Shown here piece after piece: positions 12,530 through 27,858 of a DNA stretch of 64,000 nt. This stretch comes from Octopus vulgaris (taxonomy: Eukaryota): the NCBI GenBank assembly GCA_951406725.2, contig OX597825.1:63302001-63366000 (forward strand). Direction: 5' to 3'. The notes beneath the pieces are model-generated. The model was not told the DNA's origin, made no database searches, and worked only from the letters and a program-made list of their open reading frames with translations. The translations under genes were made by a program, and so were the position numbers. Each line of letters begins with the position of its first letter. Positions within the stretch are counted from its first letter, which is position 1.

Positions 12530-13446
12530 ACCTCATAAACAGACCAATGATCAGGCTTAGAGTCTATGAGCATTTCCAAACAATCGCTGATAAATCTTCG
12601 TGATGCCAGGTTCTGGAGATTAAAGCATAAAACTATTTTCGTGATCCTAATAAGAAGAGCATCAGTGGCTCTGTTCCGGACAGGCTTCAGAACCTATTGT
12701 CACTCGAGCGGTTTGAATAGAAAGTCATGTTGTGTTTGTAGCAATTATATGTTAATAGGAAAGACCACGGACATTTGTCAATCAATGACACGCACCCTTA
12801 CTGTATGGCATACTCCTGAACACACTGCCAATGTAACCTAGTGCAAACCTGAAGAACTTGAGTCCAGACTTTGCACTATAAGATAACTACTTTTTCTGAG
12901 TCATGGCTCATTTCCTGCACAGACGGAAGTTCACAATAGAGATGAGGTTGGAAACGGGCACAAGGAGTTTTTTCTTCTAAACCAGTCAATTGATATAATC
13001 GTGGAAATTAGATTCTGGCAGAACGATGGCAACAGACAATAAACCATGATGGGATATATTTTGATGAATTACCGCTTTTCGTATGTAATTTGTTTGAACT
13101 ATTAATTAAGTCTTGAACTGCAAAAAAACCTTTGACTCAACCTGGTACACACACACACACACATAGAATCTACGGACAAATAGTCTTAGATAACAGTTAT
13201 TCATTTACAGATGTTACACATGCGTATTCGAGTTACATGACGACTATACATCTTTACAGCTATTTCAAAGATTATATAACTGGTTGATGTTATAAAGCAT
13301 ACTAAACAATCAGATGTATATAATGAAGCAGTAATTATAGAAAGCAAATAAAGTATAAAACAAAAATAATTTCACTTTTTTTTACTGGCTGTAAAGGCAT
13401 ATCTTCCTGCTATATCTTGAATGTATATATATATATATATATATCC

Positions 13447-13681
13447 TTTTTCGCCCTTTTAAAGCCTAACCAGGCTCATGGGCCCGGTTTCCCGGTTTCT
13501 ATGGCATATGTGTTCCCCAGTCAAACTCAGCGTTACTCACTTTTGCCAGCTGAGTGGATTGGAGCAACGTGAAATGAAGTGTTTTGCTCAAGAACACAAT
13601 CCGTTGCTCGGTCCAGGAATCGAAACCACAATCTTACGATCATGATACTGACACCCTAACCACTAAGCCACGTGCCTCCAC
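13447..13681 (-). mobile_element. CORE-like SINE (family D-type head) with aaaccgggaaaccgg tail
   Basis: Reverse complement has tRNA A/B boxes, then tgtgttcttgagcaaaacacttcatttcacgttgctcca. Confidence 0.85.
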
Positions 13682-13696
13682 ACGCACACACACACT

Positions 13697-13729
<33 letters not shown>

Positions 13730-13920
13730 GTAACTTGTAAAAGAAATATTACCAGTTTTAATTGTCTATCCATCTAATGTATAGTATATCCGTTCATGCT
13801 ATTTATTTCTTATAAGCAACACTTCTGCTCACCTATTTCTTGATTAGAAAGTTTGAGTTTTAGGATTTGATCAGTCTTAACATTAATTCAGCACATATCT
13901 ATGTATTGGCTGAAAGGACT

Positions 13921-14003
<83 letters not shown>

Positions 14004-14529
14004 GCTAGCTAGCTAGCATCTGTCTGTCTATCTATTAACCAACCAACGAACCAACTAATCAATCAACCGACCGAGCAATCAATAAATCAATCGATCAATC
14101 AATGAATCAATCGATCAATCAATGAATCAATCGATCAATCAGAGCATAGGGAAACAGGTCATAGACTCCCTTAATAAAAATTACACAGTGAGTTCCATGA
14201 GTGTAGATAAATTTGTACACCCTGGAGAGAAGCGGTATTTGGTGCTGCAGGATTGAACTTTCTAAAAGAAAGGCTAGTCCACAATGGGGTTTGCATTGCA
14301 CAGGAAATACACAGTAACATATTCGAAGAGTAAATAGAAACGTAACCTTTATAAAATTCGGTAAGGATCATTGGGAAATAAACATAACCAAGGAATTAAC
14401 AACCTAACATTACATTTTGACAGGACAAAATTCTGTGAGTGTGTCAATTGAATATAATTTGATGAAGTATGCAAGCAGAGGTCAACGTACATGGAAGGTT
14501 TTTCTGCACAGTCGCCAGAGAGAGAGAGA

Positions 14530-14960
14530 GAAAAATCGGGAGCAGGGAATAGATTTGGTGCGTGGACAGGGAAAGATGAAAAAGTTTAGGTAAAAATAAG
14601 AACTGGTATATGTTGGTTTCGACAGAGAAGTCTTGAAAGCAGACAGACAACTGTCACAAAAATGAGAATTAATTCCAGTTGCAACAGAAAACGTGTTGGT
14701 GTAGGGGGTAAGTAGTTTCGTTTGCCTCAAGTGAAGGAAATGGCACCAATGTAACCAGAAACTTGCTTTGATTCGTAGCAATTCACCCAGCCATGACTGC
14801 TACGCTTAAAATGTATTAAATACAAAAATTCCATGAATTGATATTCTGAGTAGTTGGAAGGTTTCACTGTTGGATAATCCGTTAGTTAGATCTAGTCTCT
14901 TCAAACCAATGACATTGGTTACTGATCAAATGATGGGAACCGATCCTACATAATCGATAC
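14530..14960 (+). pseudogene. Possible highly decayed Merlin/IS1595-like transposase fragment
   Basis: Fragmentary motif resemblance only: gatgaaaaagtttaggtaaa ~ DESKFGK, LSSWKV ~ SDxWKAY, VTDQMMGT ~ FVDPxTG. Many stops and frameshifts. Confidence 0.3.
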
Positions 14961-15629
14961 CACATATATTGGCTTAGCTTGGAATTCATTGATTCATATA
15001 AATTTTAGCGGATATCTTCTCATCTTATTACGAGTCAGTCTGTTCCAAGATATAGATCTTAAAACATGTGATCACCATTATAAAAGTGTAGAAAGTGTGA
15101 GAAGAATATTTTCGCAACTACATTGACCAGGCTAAGCACGTATAAGACTAAGTTTCGTTATGCTTAACGTAAAACCAGTTTATCCAATTTGTCTCAGTCA
15201 CCCAAAACTATATACACTTCACGGTTTAGTAGTTGTTAATAGAAAACACATCTCCAGCATCACTTGTTCCAAACATTCATTGAAATCTTTTAATTTGCAG
15301 AGCCATCTAACCAAAACTTGTAGAGGAAATGAGAAAGCAATGTAAAAAAGAAATGTTTAATATAGTGAAATGCTAAATATATCAGATAAGTCAATTTATA
15401 TATATATATATTCATCACACACACAAACACACACAGACACACAGACACACAGAGACACACACACACACACTCACGCACACACACACATTATATATGTATA
15501 CATAAATTCATACTATATCATATATACATATATATATCATATGTATGTATATATATATATAAATATATTTATAAATTTATACATATATATGCGTGCACGC
15601 ACATACATGTATACACACATGTACATACA

Positions 15630-15687
<58 letters not shown>

Positions 15688-15717
15688 CATACATACATAC
15701 ATACATACATACATACA

Positions 15718-15777
<60 letters not shown>

Positions 15778-15915
15778 AATTTTAATTTTATTTCTTTGTG
15801 TGGTTTAAATACGTGGCAAGTTCTCATTTCATAAAAGTCTGAAACACAGTTCTCAATTCTGGTTGAGTGGATATAGTTTGTGTATTCTTTATGCTTGCAT
15901 TTTTCAGAATTAGCC

Positions 15916-15954
<39 letters not shown>

Positions 15955-16816
15955 GAGAGAGAGGGATATGAGGGAAACAAAGGAAGACAGAGAGAGAGAA
16001 AGAGAGAGAGACTGCAACCATCAAACTAAGTTTCTTTGATTTATAACACAAAGGTGAAGTTTTCGGTAGAGATACAACCACATATTAAAACGCCTTTTAT
16101 TAATGATATATATATAAGTAGTACAGACAAAGTATTACAGTTGTTGCAACAGATGGGAGGTAAACCACATGCTCTATCGTATAAATTTTAATATTTAATG
16201 ATACGTAGTTCAATAAAACATCGTCATTATAAATTCAAAGTTTTATAATCTCTAATAATAAATCATTCCAATCACATAGACATGAACAGACACAAACAGG
16301 CAGAGAGACAAACAGACAGACAGACACGCTCATATTTACAGATATAGCATACATTTTCTTGAACTCCTGTGTCCAAAAGATTTAGGAATCACTGGTTTTT
16401 CCGAAGCAGGGGTGGCCACCTTGGTCAACAGACTCGAAATGAAACAAATAACAAATTTACTTAAATAGTTAAGTGAAATAAAGGCACCTTTATGTTATGT
16501 ATAATTGATAGTAGTTTATTAATACCGTACTGCGCAAGGGGCCAATAAACTAGTTTGGCGGGTGCGGGAATTTGAAGATTCTGTTCATAAATTTGTACGG
16601 ATCATAAGAGGATCAAGACCATCAGTATCCGGAAAGATGGTGTTGTACATGTATGTGAGTGCGTGAGTGTATATATATATATATATATATATTTAAAATT
16701 TAAATAATGAGGGAGATAAATTGAATATTAATTTAATTAATATCAATTTAAAACCAGTAGCCTAGCGTATAAAAAATCTGAAAAATTAGAAAAAAATTCA
16801 ATATATGTGTATATTT

Positions 16817-17309
<493 letters not shown>

Positions 17310-17324
17310 TACACACACATGCAC

Positions 17325-17666
17325 AGGCGTGGCTGCGTGGTAAAGAGCTTGCTTCCCAACAACATGGTTCCGGGTTCAGTCCGACTGCGAGGGCAATGTT
17401 TTTTTACTGTAACCTCGGGCCGACCAAGGAGTTGTGAGTGGATTTGGTAGATCGAAACTGAAAGAAGCCCATCTTTCGTCTCCCCGTCATCACTTGACAA
17501 CCGGTGTTAGTGAGTTTACATCCCCCGTGACTAAGCGGTTCTGCAAATAGACCAGTAGAATAAGCACTAGGATTAAAAATAAGTACTGGGGTCGAATTGT
17601 TCGAGAAAAATACTTTAAGTCGGTGCTCCAGCATAGCCACAGTGAAATGACTGAAACAAGCAAGAA
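17325..17666 (+). mobile_element. SINE family A, older variant
   Basis: Diverged head and tail match; lacks the internal microsatellite. Confidence 0.85.
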
Positions 17667-17989
17667 TATATACATATATGCACACACATGTATTCTTACA
17701 TACGCCCCTTATACAAATATATGTTTATATACATGCATAAAATTCTACGAAGGAATCTAATTAATATTTTTAAATGTGAAGATTCACACATCCTACAAAA
17801 TTTTTGTTGCATGGTTTAGCGCAGCTGAGGTTGAATATTACTAAATCAATCTAACTACAATGGTCTACTATGGTCAATGGTGCCACGCCTTCTTTCAATT
17901 AAAAGAAAGATTTTGATTTTGTTTAGCCTATTCCCACGCACAGTGAAACTAATAAGAACTGCTACGAACATACTCATACCGTTTCAGAT

Positions 17990-18840
17990 CTGATAGGAAT
18001 GTTTCATCAATTCTGTTGAGTAGCCCGAATTTGACTGCCATTTTATTTATCGTTTCCGAAAGGATAGAAGAGAAAAATAACCATGGACAGATCGAGACTC
18101 AGAACAGAAAGGATAAGAAAAAATACTGGTTTCAAATTTTAGCACAAGGTCAGCAATTTCGGAGGAGGGATTAAGGTGATGATATTGACCTCCAGTATTC
18201 AGCTGGTACTTAGTTTATCGACCACGAAATGATGAAAGACATAATCGCCTCGGAAGAATATGAATTCAGAACATGAAAACGGACTAAATGCCGCTAAGTA
18301 TTTTGTCCGGGATGCTAACGATTCCGTTTGCTTGCTGCTTTGATCAGAACAAATATAGGAAGACATTCTATACGACAGATCAAATAATTATAGAAATCCC
18401 CCACTCTAAATAATTGTTTCTATTCAATAAGACAAGCGCAGTTCCTGCAATTTTGGGGAAGATTATTGGTTGAATTTACCAATTCCTGTACTTTTCTGGT
18501 ACTTTATTTCATCGCTCCAGGAGGAATGGAAGGAAAACAAAGGGTTTGAACCAAGAACGTACAAATATGTTATGAAATTTTGTTCGCCGATCTAATGATT
18601 CTGTTAACCGACCTGCCTGAGTTGATGGCTTCTAATTTAGATACAAAGTTAGCAATTTTGAGGGAAGACGAATAGTGAATATCATCGATTCTAGACTTGA
18701 CTAGTACTTTATTTTATCGGCAAGCAAATGACGAACGGCAAAGCTAATCTCACTGGGATTCGAACTCAGAACATAAAAAAGCCAGAAGAAACACTATAAG
18801 TCATTCTACCGGCATTCTATCAATTCTTCTGGGTCACTGC
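17990..18840 (-). mobile_element. Cluster of about four diverged family B-like SINEs in the same orientation
   Basis: Repeated tggtacttt..atcg / aactcagaac motifs near 18050, 18200, 18500 and 18700. Confidence 0.65.
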
Positions 18841-20432
18841 ACCAAAGTAATATGTAGTAATATTACATTGGAACAATTCATTCGACTAATCTAAATATCC
18901 CTCTCCTAAAAATATAAAAACTTTTATTGTAGAAATTGTTATTTTCATAATAATAATAATAATTTCTTTTGTCTAGGATCAAGTCATATTCCTTTCCATG
19001 CGAGGGAACAATAAATTGGTTTTATCAACCTCCGTATATTCCTGACAAATATAAACGCCATAAGTGAAAATAGTGAGGAACCAAACCAGATACTGATCAG
19101 TTTCTCTTTTTTTTTTTTCTTCTTTTGGCCTTCTCACTACACTACTTCCATCCTCTATCGGTCACAATCTTCTTATTAACTCTTCGATTACCGAACCAGT
19201 AAAGTGAAGAATTCTCCACTATAGTAGCAGTGGACAGTTTAGATGGCATGCTTGCTGAAGCTATCACAACGACAAATTCTTTTCAAAGGAATCAGCAGAA
19301 TGGAAAACATATTAGAGTAAGCAATAGATTAGAAAATACCAGAATTAGAATTGTCTCGCATTTTATTACTCGAGTGTTTTCTATATCTCCGGTCCATTTT
19401 AGCAGACTGCTTTATGTTAAGAAGAGAATCCATCTGGAAAAGTCTTTGTTTTAATTCCCACTAGAATGGTATTGTTGATAGCATTGCACATTGGTACTGA
19501 ATCTATGGTGAGGAAAACAGATACCAAAACCAATATTTACCTGTGTTGCTATCAAAAATACAGTATAACGTAAAATAGTTTCTCTGTCTTAGCGTTTACC
19601 CTCTTTGGTTTTTCTTTTCTGTCTTTTAGTCAGAAGGATAAGAAGCGCCACCGATATTAGTGAGAACGAGGGGAGGGGTCTTCAAACGGGAATCCTCGTG
19701 GGTCTGCTAGCGACAGAGTGAATGTCACTAAAGACTACCAGAGTGCCCGGTAGTAGTATTAAACAGAGCGGTGTTAAGTCTATCATTCAAGCAGGATGTG
19801 AATTCAAAGGGCCGGTTCTGCCAATTCTCTGCTCTGAGAAGGTGCTATTTCGACTTTCTTTTTATCGACCCCAGGGTCTGCTCCATTATATTGACGTGGT
19901 CGATGGGTTGCTTTAAGCGGTGATTCGCTCCGTATGACATAAGTTGTCTATCACAATGAACCGGGTTCCCGAGGTTCCGTCTTTCCAATAGTTCCAACAG
20001 TATGAGTTTAGAAATAAAAGGAGGGAAGTGAACTAAGAACACAGAAGAATCGGAAACGACATAGCTACTCAGATTGATACTCCACAAATCAATTGCCCTG
20101 GGATGTTGCTTTATCGATCCCAAACAAATGAAATGCGAAGTTCAAAACGCCAACAACTCGAAACAAATCTTGCAAAGTATTATATGTAGAGTACTAATGT
20201 CTGCTCATTTGCTGCTTTATAACATAAAAGAATGATCTAATATTTCTTTAATATTTTGATTTACTTTTAGTTAGTATTTTTATATGACATCATTAGTTGA
20301 AGCATTCTTCAAAATGCAGGTTTATCGGGATTTGGCTGTGTCAGTATAAATTGCAGTTTACCGAGCTTGCACATGGGCTGGTAGATAAACGCGTAAAACT
20401 CAATACTGCATATTTCATTATTATTCTTACTT

Positions 20433-20764
20433 CTGTGAAGGCGCATGGCTCAGTGGTTAGAGCGTCGAGCTTACGATCGTAAGGTTGTGAGCTCGAATCC
20501 CGGACCTGGCTGCGTGTTGTGTTCTTGAGCAAGACACTTTATTTCACGTTGCTCCAGTTCACTCAGCTGTAGAAATGAGTTGCGACGTCACAGGTGCCAA
20601 GCTGTATCGGCCCTTGCCTTTCCCTAGAAAGGCGTGTAGAGGGGAGGTTGGTAAGTATGGGCGACTGCTGGCCTTCCATAAAGAACCTTGCCCAGACTTT
20701 AACTCAGAGGGTAACTTTCTAGGTGCAATCCCATGGTCTGTGTCGTGACCGAAGCGGGTCTCAG
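20433..20764 (+). mobile_element. SINE family D (tRNA head plus CORE-like domain), full length
   Basis: tggctcagtgg A-box, ctcgaatcc B-box and gttcttgagcaagacacttta; TSD attcttactt (20423-20432 / 20765-20774). Confidence 0.92.
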
Positions 20765-21289
20765 ATTCTTACTTTATTATTATTCATATTTCATTATTAT
20801 TCTTACAGTTGTTATGTGTGTCCGATCAAGGCCTTTTACTCTTGCTAATTCAGGCTATCTAGCAGCTCTATACTACTGCCACACTGTGCACTATTAAAAT
20901 CATTTAGAATGGCATTAAATGGTTAATGACAGTTTCATTATCATGCTTTGCTCAGTTAAGTTCTCCTAGAACCCTGGAAAAATTGCTTTTGTGATTTCAA
21001 AGATGGCTTCGGAATAGCATGGGATGAGTTCGATTATGCAGCCCAGCACGTTAAGTGAGTATTATCTACCATAGCCTTATCCCGACCATAGACATGGGGA
21101 AAAGTTTTGTGGCTCATCGCTGTCATAGTAGTCGTTCCCGTCCTCTCGCTGCTTTATTACATCTGGCGTTGGGTTTCACGTTAGCAACTGAGGCTCGGGT
21201 GCCTTCAGCAGATTTAATTGATTCTGTTACAAGTATTCAGGTCAGGTTCTTGAAGGCCCTGAAAAAGAGGTAGAGTATTAACACGTCTC

Positions 21290-21427
21290 AGCTTGCTTAC
21301 CAACCACAAGGTTCCGGGTTCAGCCCACTGCGTGGCACCTTGGGCAAGTGTCTTCTACTATAGTCTCGGGCCGACGAAAGACTTGTGAGTGGATTTGGTA
21401 GATGGAAACTGAAGGAAGCCCATCGTA

Positions 21428-21522
<95 letters not shown>

Positions 21523-21735
21523 ATGTCAGTGTTTGTTCCCCAGCATCGCTTGACAACTGATGCCGGTGTGTTCAGGTCCCCGTAACTTAGCGGTTCGGCA
21601 AAAGAGAACCATAGAATAAGTACTAGGCTTACAAAGAATAAGTCCTGAGGTCAATTTGCTCCACTAAAGGCGGTGCCCCAGCATGGCAGCATCCAAATGA
21701 CTGCAACAAATAAAAGAGTAAAAAGCGTAAAGAGT
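21290..21735 (+). mobile_element. SINE family A
   Basis: Match to family A, slightly 5'-truncated. Confidence 0.9.
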
Positions 21736-23381
21736 ACACCCCACCTATATATAACCCCGCTTCGCTGATTTATCGAGCAACCGATACTGGGGAACATCAC
21801 ATTGCCGTATACGTTGTATACTATTGATTTTAAGATGCTGCTCTCCATCTGAGACAATCAGCAATGGTCATCCAAGATTTTTCCCAGCAAAGAAAGCCGA
21901 TGACTTGAAGTTTTATTGTGTTTTAAACTGTTTCTTTAGTTAGATATTTGTATTGTTCAGTTGCGAACACATTATTGTTGTTCGGTAAGAAATATGTCTT
22001 TCATGTGACTTACAGCTATTCGTTCATTGTTTAAAACTTGGTACACAGTACATTGGTTGTTGTCGAAAAAGTTACCAAAGGAAAGAGACTACAATGAATG
22101 TATGTCATACGTTTCTGCTCTTTACTTTATTGATGATGTTGCTGAACTAGAAGTTTCTCGTTAATGATATCAGCACACCAACAGCTAACCGTAGCTTCTA
22201 GCACCAACACCAAGGGAACCAAGGATATGCTGAGTGCAATATAACTGCCGCCAATACGATTTGTCTTCTTATGCAAGATAGAAATAGAAGTTTCGAAGCA
22301 TTTTACGTACTGTTAAAGGAATCCCATTCATTATACAGAGAATTTGACAGAATAGCTTACGTTCTATCACCAACTACGAGAGATATAAAGTAGCAGATTC
22401 TAAGAAAGCAAACGTACTCTTAGTCGTCTTATATTGCCTTGTAATATATGGGCTGAAAGCAAAGTGATAGGAATGGTTGTCTATTTTACTAGAGTAACAG
22501 ATGAAGAATCTAAATGAGAAGCATCTCATCATAGGATGAAGTTGAAAATGAATGTGAAATAACAAATAAAATTGCTCTAAAAGAATCTTTTTCCTACTTA
22601 TACTCTGAATTCATAATGCCACTCAGTATTCATTTTCAAAAACCCACTATATTGCGTGTAGTTTTAAGATGGGGAAGCCATGGTTGGACTGTGCTTCATT
22701 TATGAGATCTAATATGACAGAAACATATCCAGCAATCTTCAACATCTTGCTAATAATCAGATTCACTTCGCAAGTTTAATTAAGGATTCACCTCCTTGAA
22801 TTTTTCACCGGAATTAGTCAGTCCTTCAGAAAATGAATATTTTCGTCAATATGCTTGCAATTTTAATCCATTAATTCCTTGGAATATTATATCAGGTAAT
22901 ACGGCACTTAGATTATATTAGATAATAAAGACACCCTGCAAGACAAAGCAAACTACAGCAATGAAGTTGAGGCTAGTTTCAAGAGACAAGAAAACTAAAC
23001 TAAACTCTTCACTCTAATACGTAGTGACATTCAAAGAGGCACATAGAAGATGAACTGGTGTCGGATATTCGTTCTCCGGGCTGTGAACAAACACTGGAAA
23101 AAGAGGACGATTATAATGATTTTCTGATTTCAGTTACATGAATGTTTTAAACTACTTTGTACACAACTAGACATAGGATTGTTTATGTAATACATCAGAG
23201 TGTTAGAAAAAAAGATACAGACCTTCGATCTGTTGTCTGGCTTTCTGACTCTCTGTCAACCAAGTCAGATGTGATTCTCACGGCCGAGATATTAATCATT
23301 GACCTTCCATTTGGTAAACTCTGATAAGCTGGTATCGACGCACAAACTCAGCTAAATGTGAGAATCAAATAAATGAATACT

Positions 23382-23417
<36 letters not shown>

Positions 23418-23463
23418 GAGAGAGCGACACACACATATATATATGCATATATATATATATATT

Positions 23464-23499
<36 letters not shown>

Positions 23500-23931
23500 A
23501 GCACGTGTGTGTGTGTGTCCTTATTTATGTTTATAAGCGTGTACGTATACATTTATAGATATAAGCATACACATGCACGCATACACACATATTATATACA
23601 TGTATATGAAGCTAAGAATATTTATGAATATTCAATTGAAGCCAATATAGAATTCTGCTATAATATCTATATTATACTCGGCTATGTTAGTCTTACTAAT
23701 AGAGATAAAATATTTCGTGTTCTCTTTCAGTGCTTTTCAAATGTTAATGCTTTACAAATGTCTCTTGTTCAAATTGACTTACTCTCAAAGATAAAATGTA
23801 CAAAATATGTGGTTATTAATTTTTAGAAGAAACTTCAGAGCTGAAGCGAGACAAATATATTTAATCATGTTTTGGCAGGGAAATAAAAGTTCCAAAACAC
23901 AGTCTGCTTTGCGTGAAGGCAAAGTAATACG

Positions 23932-24010
<79 letters not shown>

Positions 24011-24145
24011 GTCTGTCTGTCTGTCTGCCCGTGTATCTATCTATCTATCTATCTATCTATATTTATATATATATATACATACATACATACACATATCTAT
24101 ATATGTATAGATACATGTACATATGAAATAATAATAATAATAATG

Positions 24146-24191
<46 letters not shown>

Positions 24192-24193
<2 letters not shown>

Positions 24194-24646
24194 TGCCCTG
24201 ATGCAGTACCAGACAGTGACTCTCATTGCTCCTGGTCTTAACTGATTGGAAGTGTTATCATGTACATTGTTTTTTCTTGCTATAAAAGATGGGCTACAGC
24301 AAATATTCTGCTCAATACCACAGATTTGCTTGTCAGTTGTTTGACCTTAACCAGTTGAGCATGTCCCTTAATGGCTGACGATATGTGCATCTCTGATCAC
24401 GAGCAGAAGTAGTGGGGGAGCATCATAGCCGTGTGTTGAGAGGAATTCTTTGGGGCTTGAATAATTCCCTTATGGAAACATGTATTCAAATGTGAATTAT
24501 CCAAACCCTAATTAATTTCTCTCAACACACGGCTATGATGCTCTCCCACTACTTCCGCTCGGGATCAGAGATGCACATATCGTCAGCCTATAAGGGATAT
24601 GCTCAACTGGTTAAGGTCAAACAACTGACAAGCAAATCTGTGGTAT
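24192..24646 (+). mobile_element. Second copy of the (AAT)n-associated element, truncated, with an internal inverted duplication
   Basis: 24192-24480 matches the reverse complement of ~8105-8394; 24492-24646 is an inverted copy of ~24315-24470. Confidence 0.9.
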
Positions 24647-24772
24647 CAATGCACACGTATAAAGTGACTTCATATTTCAGTTAAAGCTATACAGATAACT
24701 TTTTACTTGTAAATCAAGACATATAATTATTTATATTTTTCCTTCGTACATTCTCACATAATACATACACCA

Positions 24773-24823
<51 letters not shown>

Positions 24824-24890
24824 TATAAACATAAACATATATGTATACTCGTATATATATAAATATATATATATACATACATATATACAT

Positions 24891-24943
<53 letters not shown>

Positions 24944-26700
24944 TAGATAGATATATGTACGTATATATGGATGGGTGTACGTATGTATGAGTTTATGTGT
25001 ATATATGTATGTATGTACTTATGAGTTGGAGCTAAACATCACAAGCATGTACGACATACGAGATTTTAGCCTTCAAATGAAAGACTGGAGTTTTAGAAAC
25101 AAAGCAAATTTTTATTTCTAAATAACCATATTCTTCTCAGTCAACCACTCAAACCAGCCATTGCTTCCATTCTTCTGTTTTTCATTATATTTCTCAATAA
25201 TTTCGGATATATAAATTTCTGATCTCTAATTTTTGTTAAATTTATTCAATCTTTTTTTTGTTGTTGTCTTCTGTTCCCTTGTGCAGTCGGTCATAACCTA
25301 ATGTGCCATCGTTTATTTTCCTAACGATTCCCATTCATCCGCAAGACATATAGTTGCAATCATATCGTTCGAATCTCATGTTTATTCTGAGGTAGAAAGA
25401 GGAACTCTTCAAAACAAAATTACTCCGGAAACACTAATCATGAACCATAGGCCAAAGCCAGACTATACAAGCATATAACAGAATAGCGTCACTCTGGAGA
25501 GTTAGATGCCCACTGTATTTTGTTTTAAACCAATAAAATTTTATATTTTATTTAGAATCACCTTATCTTATGCGAGGGACTAAAAATTAACATCTGAAAC
25601 CAAGAAAAGAGCATTTAACAAACATATTGATTAAACTCACGTAACTTATTAAAAAAAAGCAATATGCCATTCTTCAACTTACTCTTTTACAACTTTCAGA
25701 ATAATCACAATTCATTGAGGAATATGTTACAAGTTGTTTACTACACAAACTCACATTACGTTTCTTCAGCTCTTCCACCTGTCTGATTACGTTAGAAAAT
25801 TGTAACGACGTCAGTAGAAGAGAGAAGAAAGCTGTGCTCTGTAATTGCATGCTAGTAGTTTAAATTTGTAAAGAATCGCTTGTCTAGAAGTACATGTCAC
25901 CTCCATTACAGTCGAATTACTATTTGCAAATAATCTATATAATAATCTGGTGGTATTCCAGAAACTTAATATAAAAGTTATCGTGTAATTTCTGACGAAT
26001 TATTCCAATATCTTTCCAGGCACATATTATATATGTCCCAGAAGAATAAGATATTTAATGTCTCACCGGACTTTTGTCTTGTATGAAATATACTGGAATT
26101 CATACAGCTTTAATAAATATTACTATTCAGTTGTAATATAATTTACATATTAAATTCAATGCACAGGTTCACATAATGTCATGACCAAGTCTTAGCTGTC
26201 GCTTTTTCATAAATTCTGTTGAGTGAGATGTTGAAATTTTGGTGAAATTAATGAGTTACTTAAGATACGAAAGTTGTACTGCAAAGAATGCAAAAGTGGA
26301 GAAAATCTTGTTATTAATTGACACAGTTCTTTCAAAGTGCGCATGTTGGTAGAATTCAAGAGCCAGCAATTAGTAAGAAAATCATAGTGACAAATTTGTT
26401 GTGAGGTGGGATGACAATAGTTTCAGTCTCCTTGATGTTCTGGAATGTGGCTTTATTGTGAACAGCGAGGAGTCAAGGAGACTTAAAATTATACAAGTTG
26501 TTTAGAAGAAGAAAGTGAGCGAAACGACATCCACCTGTTCGTTTAAATGAGAGACAATTTTCAAGGACAAAATTTTGAGACACACACGAGGTGACAATGG
26601 CTAAGGAGAAGTAGGTACAGCAAAGCATATCTTCATTTTATCATAGATTCGAGAAGTCAGTTCAACAGTAGTGAAAATGCATTGGAAACTATATTCAATA

Positions 26701-26933
26701 AAGGCGGCGAGCTGGCAGAAACGTTAGCACACCGGGCTAAATGCGTAGCCGTATTTCGTCTACCGTTACGTTCTGAGTTCAAATTCCGCCGAGGTCGACT
26801 TTGCCTTTCATCCTTTCGGGGTCGATAAATAGAGTACCAGTTTCGCACTGGGGTCAATGTAATCGAATTTATCCCTTTATCTGTTCTTGTTTGTCCCCTC
26901 TATGTTTAGCCCCTTGTGGGCAATAAAGAAATA
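26701..26933 (+). mobile_element. SINE family B, full length
   Basis: Runs from ggcggcgagctggcagaaacgttagc to ttagccccttgtgggcaataaagaaata. Confidence 0.95.
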
Positions 26934-27699
26934 TATATTCAATAATGCTATTCCATGGAGGTGGCGTTTCTCTCTCATTACCTGAAATTTGTGCGACTTA
27001 TGCCAGTTCGTTAAATGCTATACCCGATTTTGTATTACTTTCGCTAGAACCCTCAGATTTATTGATGGCTTTCATACTTATAGATCTTTTGGAATTTCTG
27101 TGTGCATACATATATATATTTTTAATAATACATTATTATTATTAAAATAAGGAAATTAATATCCAAACTCCTCATAAAGATATAGCCGTATGAAAATAGT
27201 TATTGTATTAAAATTATATAAATAAATAAATATAAATGCATATAAAAATATATGTAAATATGTATAAGTATAATGTATGCGTGCATACATCAAAAAGAAA
27301 ATTGTGCTTCTTCAAAATCTAAGACAGTAGGTATTTTATAATGATAAAATATATACACTGAGCCTTCTTCATAAATCTGTTATTATGTGTCTTTATTTCA
27401 TGTTGACTCAAGAAAACTCTATGAAAAAATGAAGGATAGATTTTAGAAACAAATTCTGTTATATATATATAAATGCATGTATTTCGAGTCATATTTCATA
27501 AGTTAAGTTCTAAATCAAAGCGTTCCTCTTTACTCTTGATATGCGATAACCAGAGATGATATAATAGTAGCCTGAAGTAGTCCGAGAAAGAGGGTTCTGC
27601 AATTTATTGGTGAAGAACCTGCAAAAATGATTTGTTTATAGTGACCAAACGTTTGTATTGTATATTAGCCCGCTTCATCCATCAAATAGCTGTTGCCTG

Positions 27700-27858
27700 A
27701 ACAGGTGTGCCACACATCAGGTGTCGAAATGATCTCAAAACAACGTGAGATGAAATGTTTTGTTCAAGAACACAACGCACTACCCGGTCCATGAACTGAA
27801 ACCACGATCATGCGACCGTCAGTACAACATCCCAAACCACTAGGCCATGCGCCTTCAC
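27700..27858 (-). mobile_element. SINE family D-like fragment
   Basis: caacgtgagatgaaatgttttgttcaagaacacaacgc...aaccactaggccatgcgccttca. Confidence 0.75.

Larger units (their letters stand above)
11504..13145 (+). mobile_element. Decayed mariner (Tc1/mariner) DNA transposon
   Basis: TA-flanked TIRs ccaggttgagccaaaag / ctttgactcaacctgg; transposase remnants IRAILHY..SAKAATKEIGDVEGPGT, SPDFAL*DNYFF and LAERWQQTINHDGIYFDE. Confidence 0.92.
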
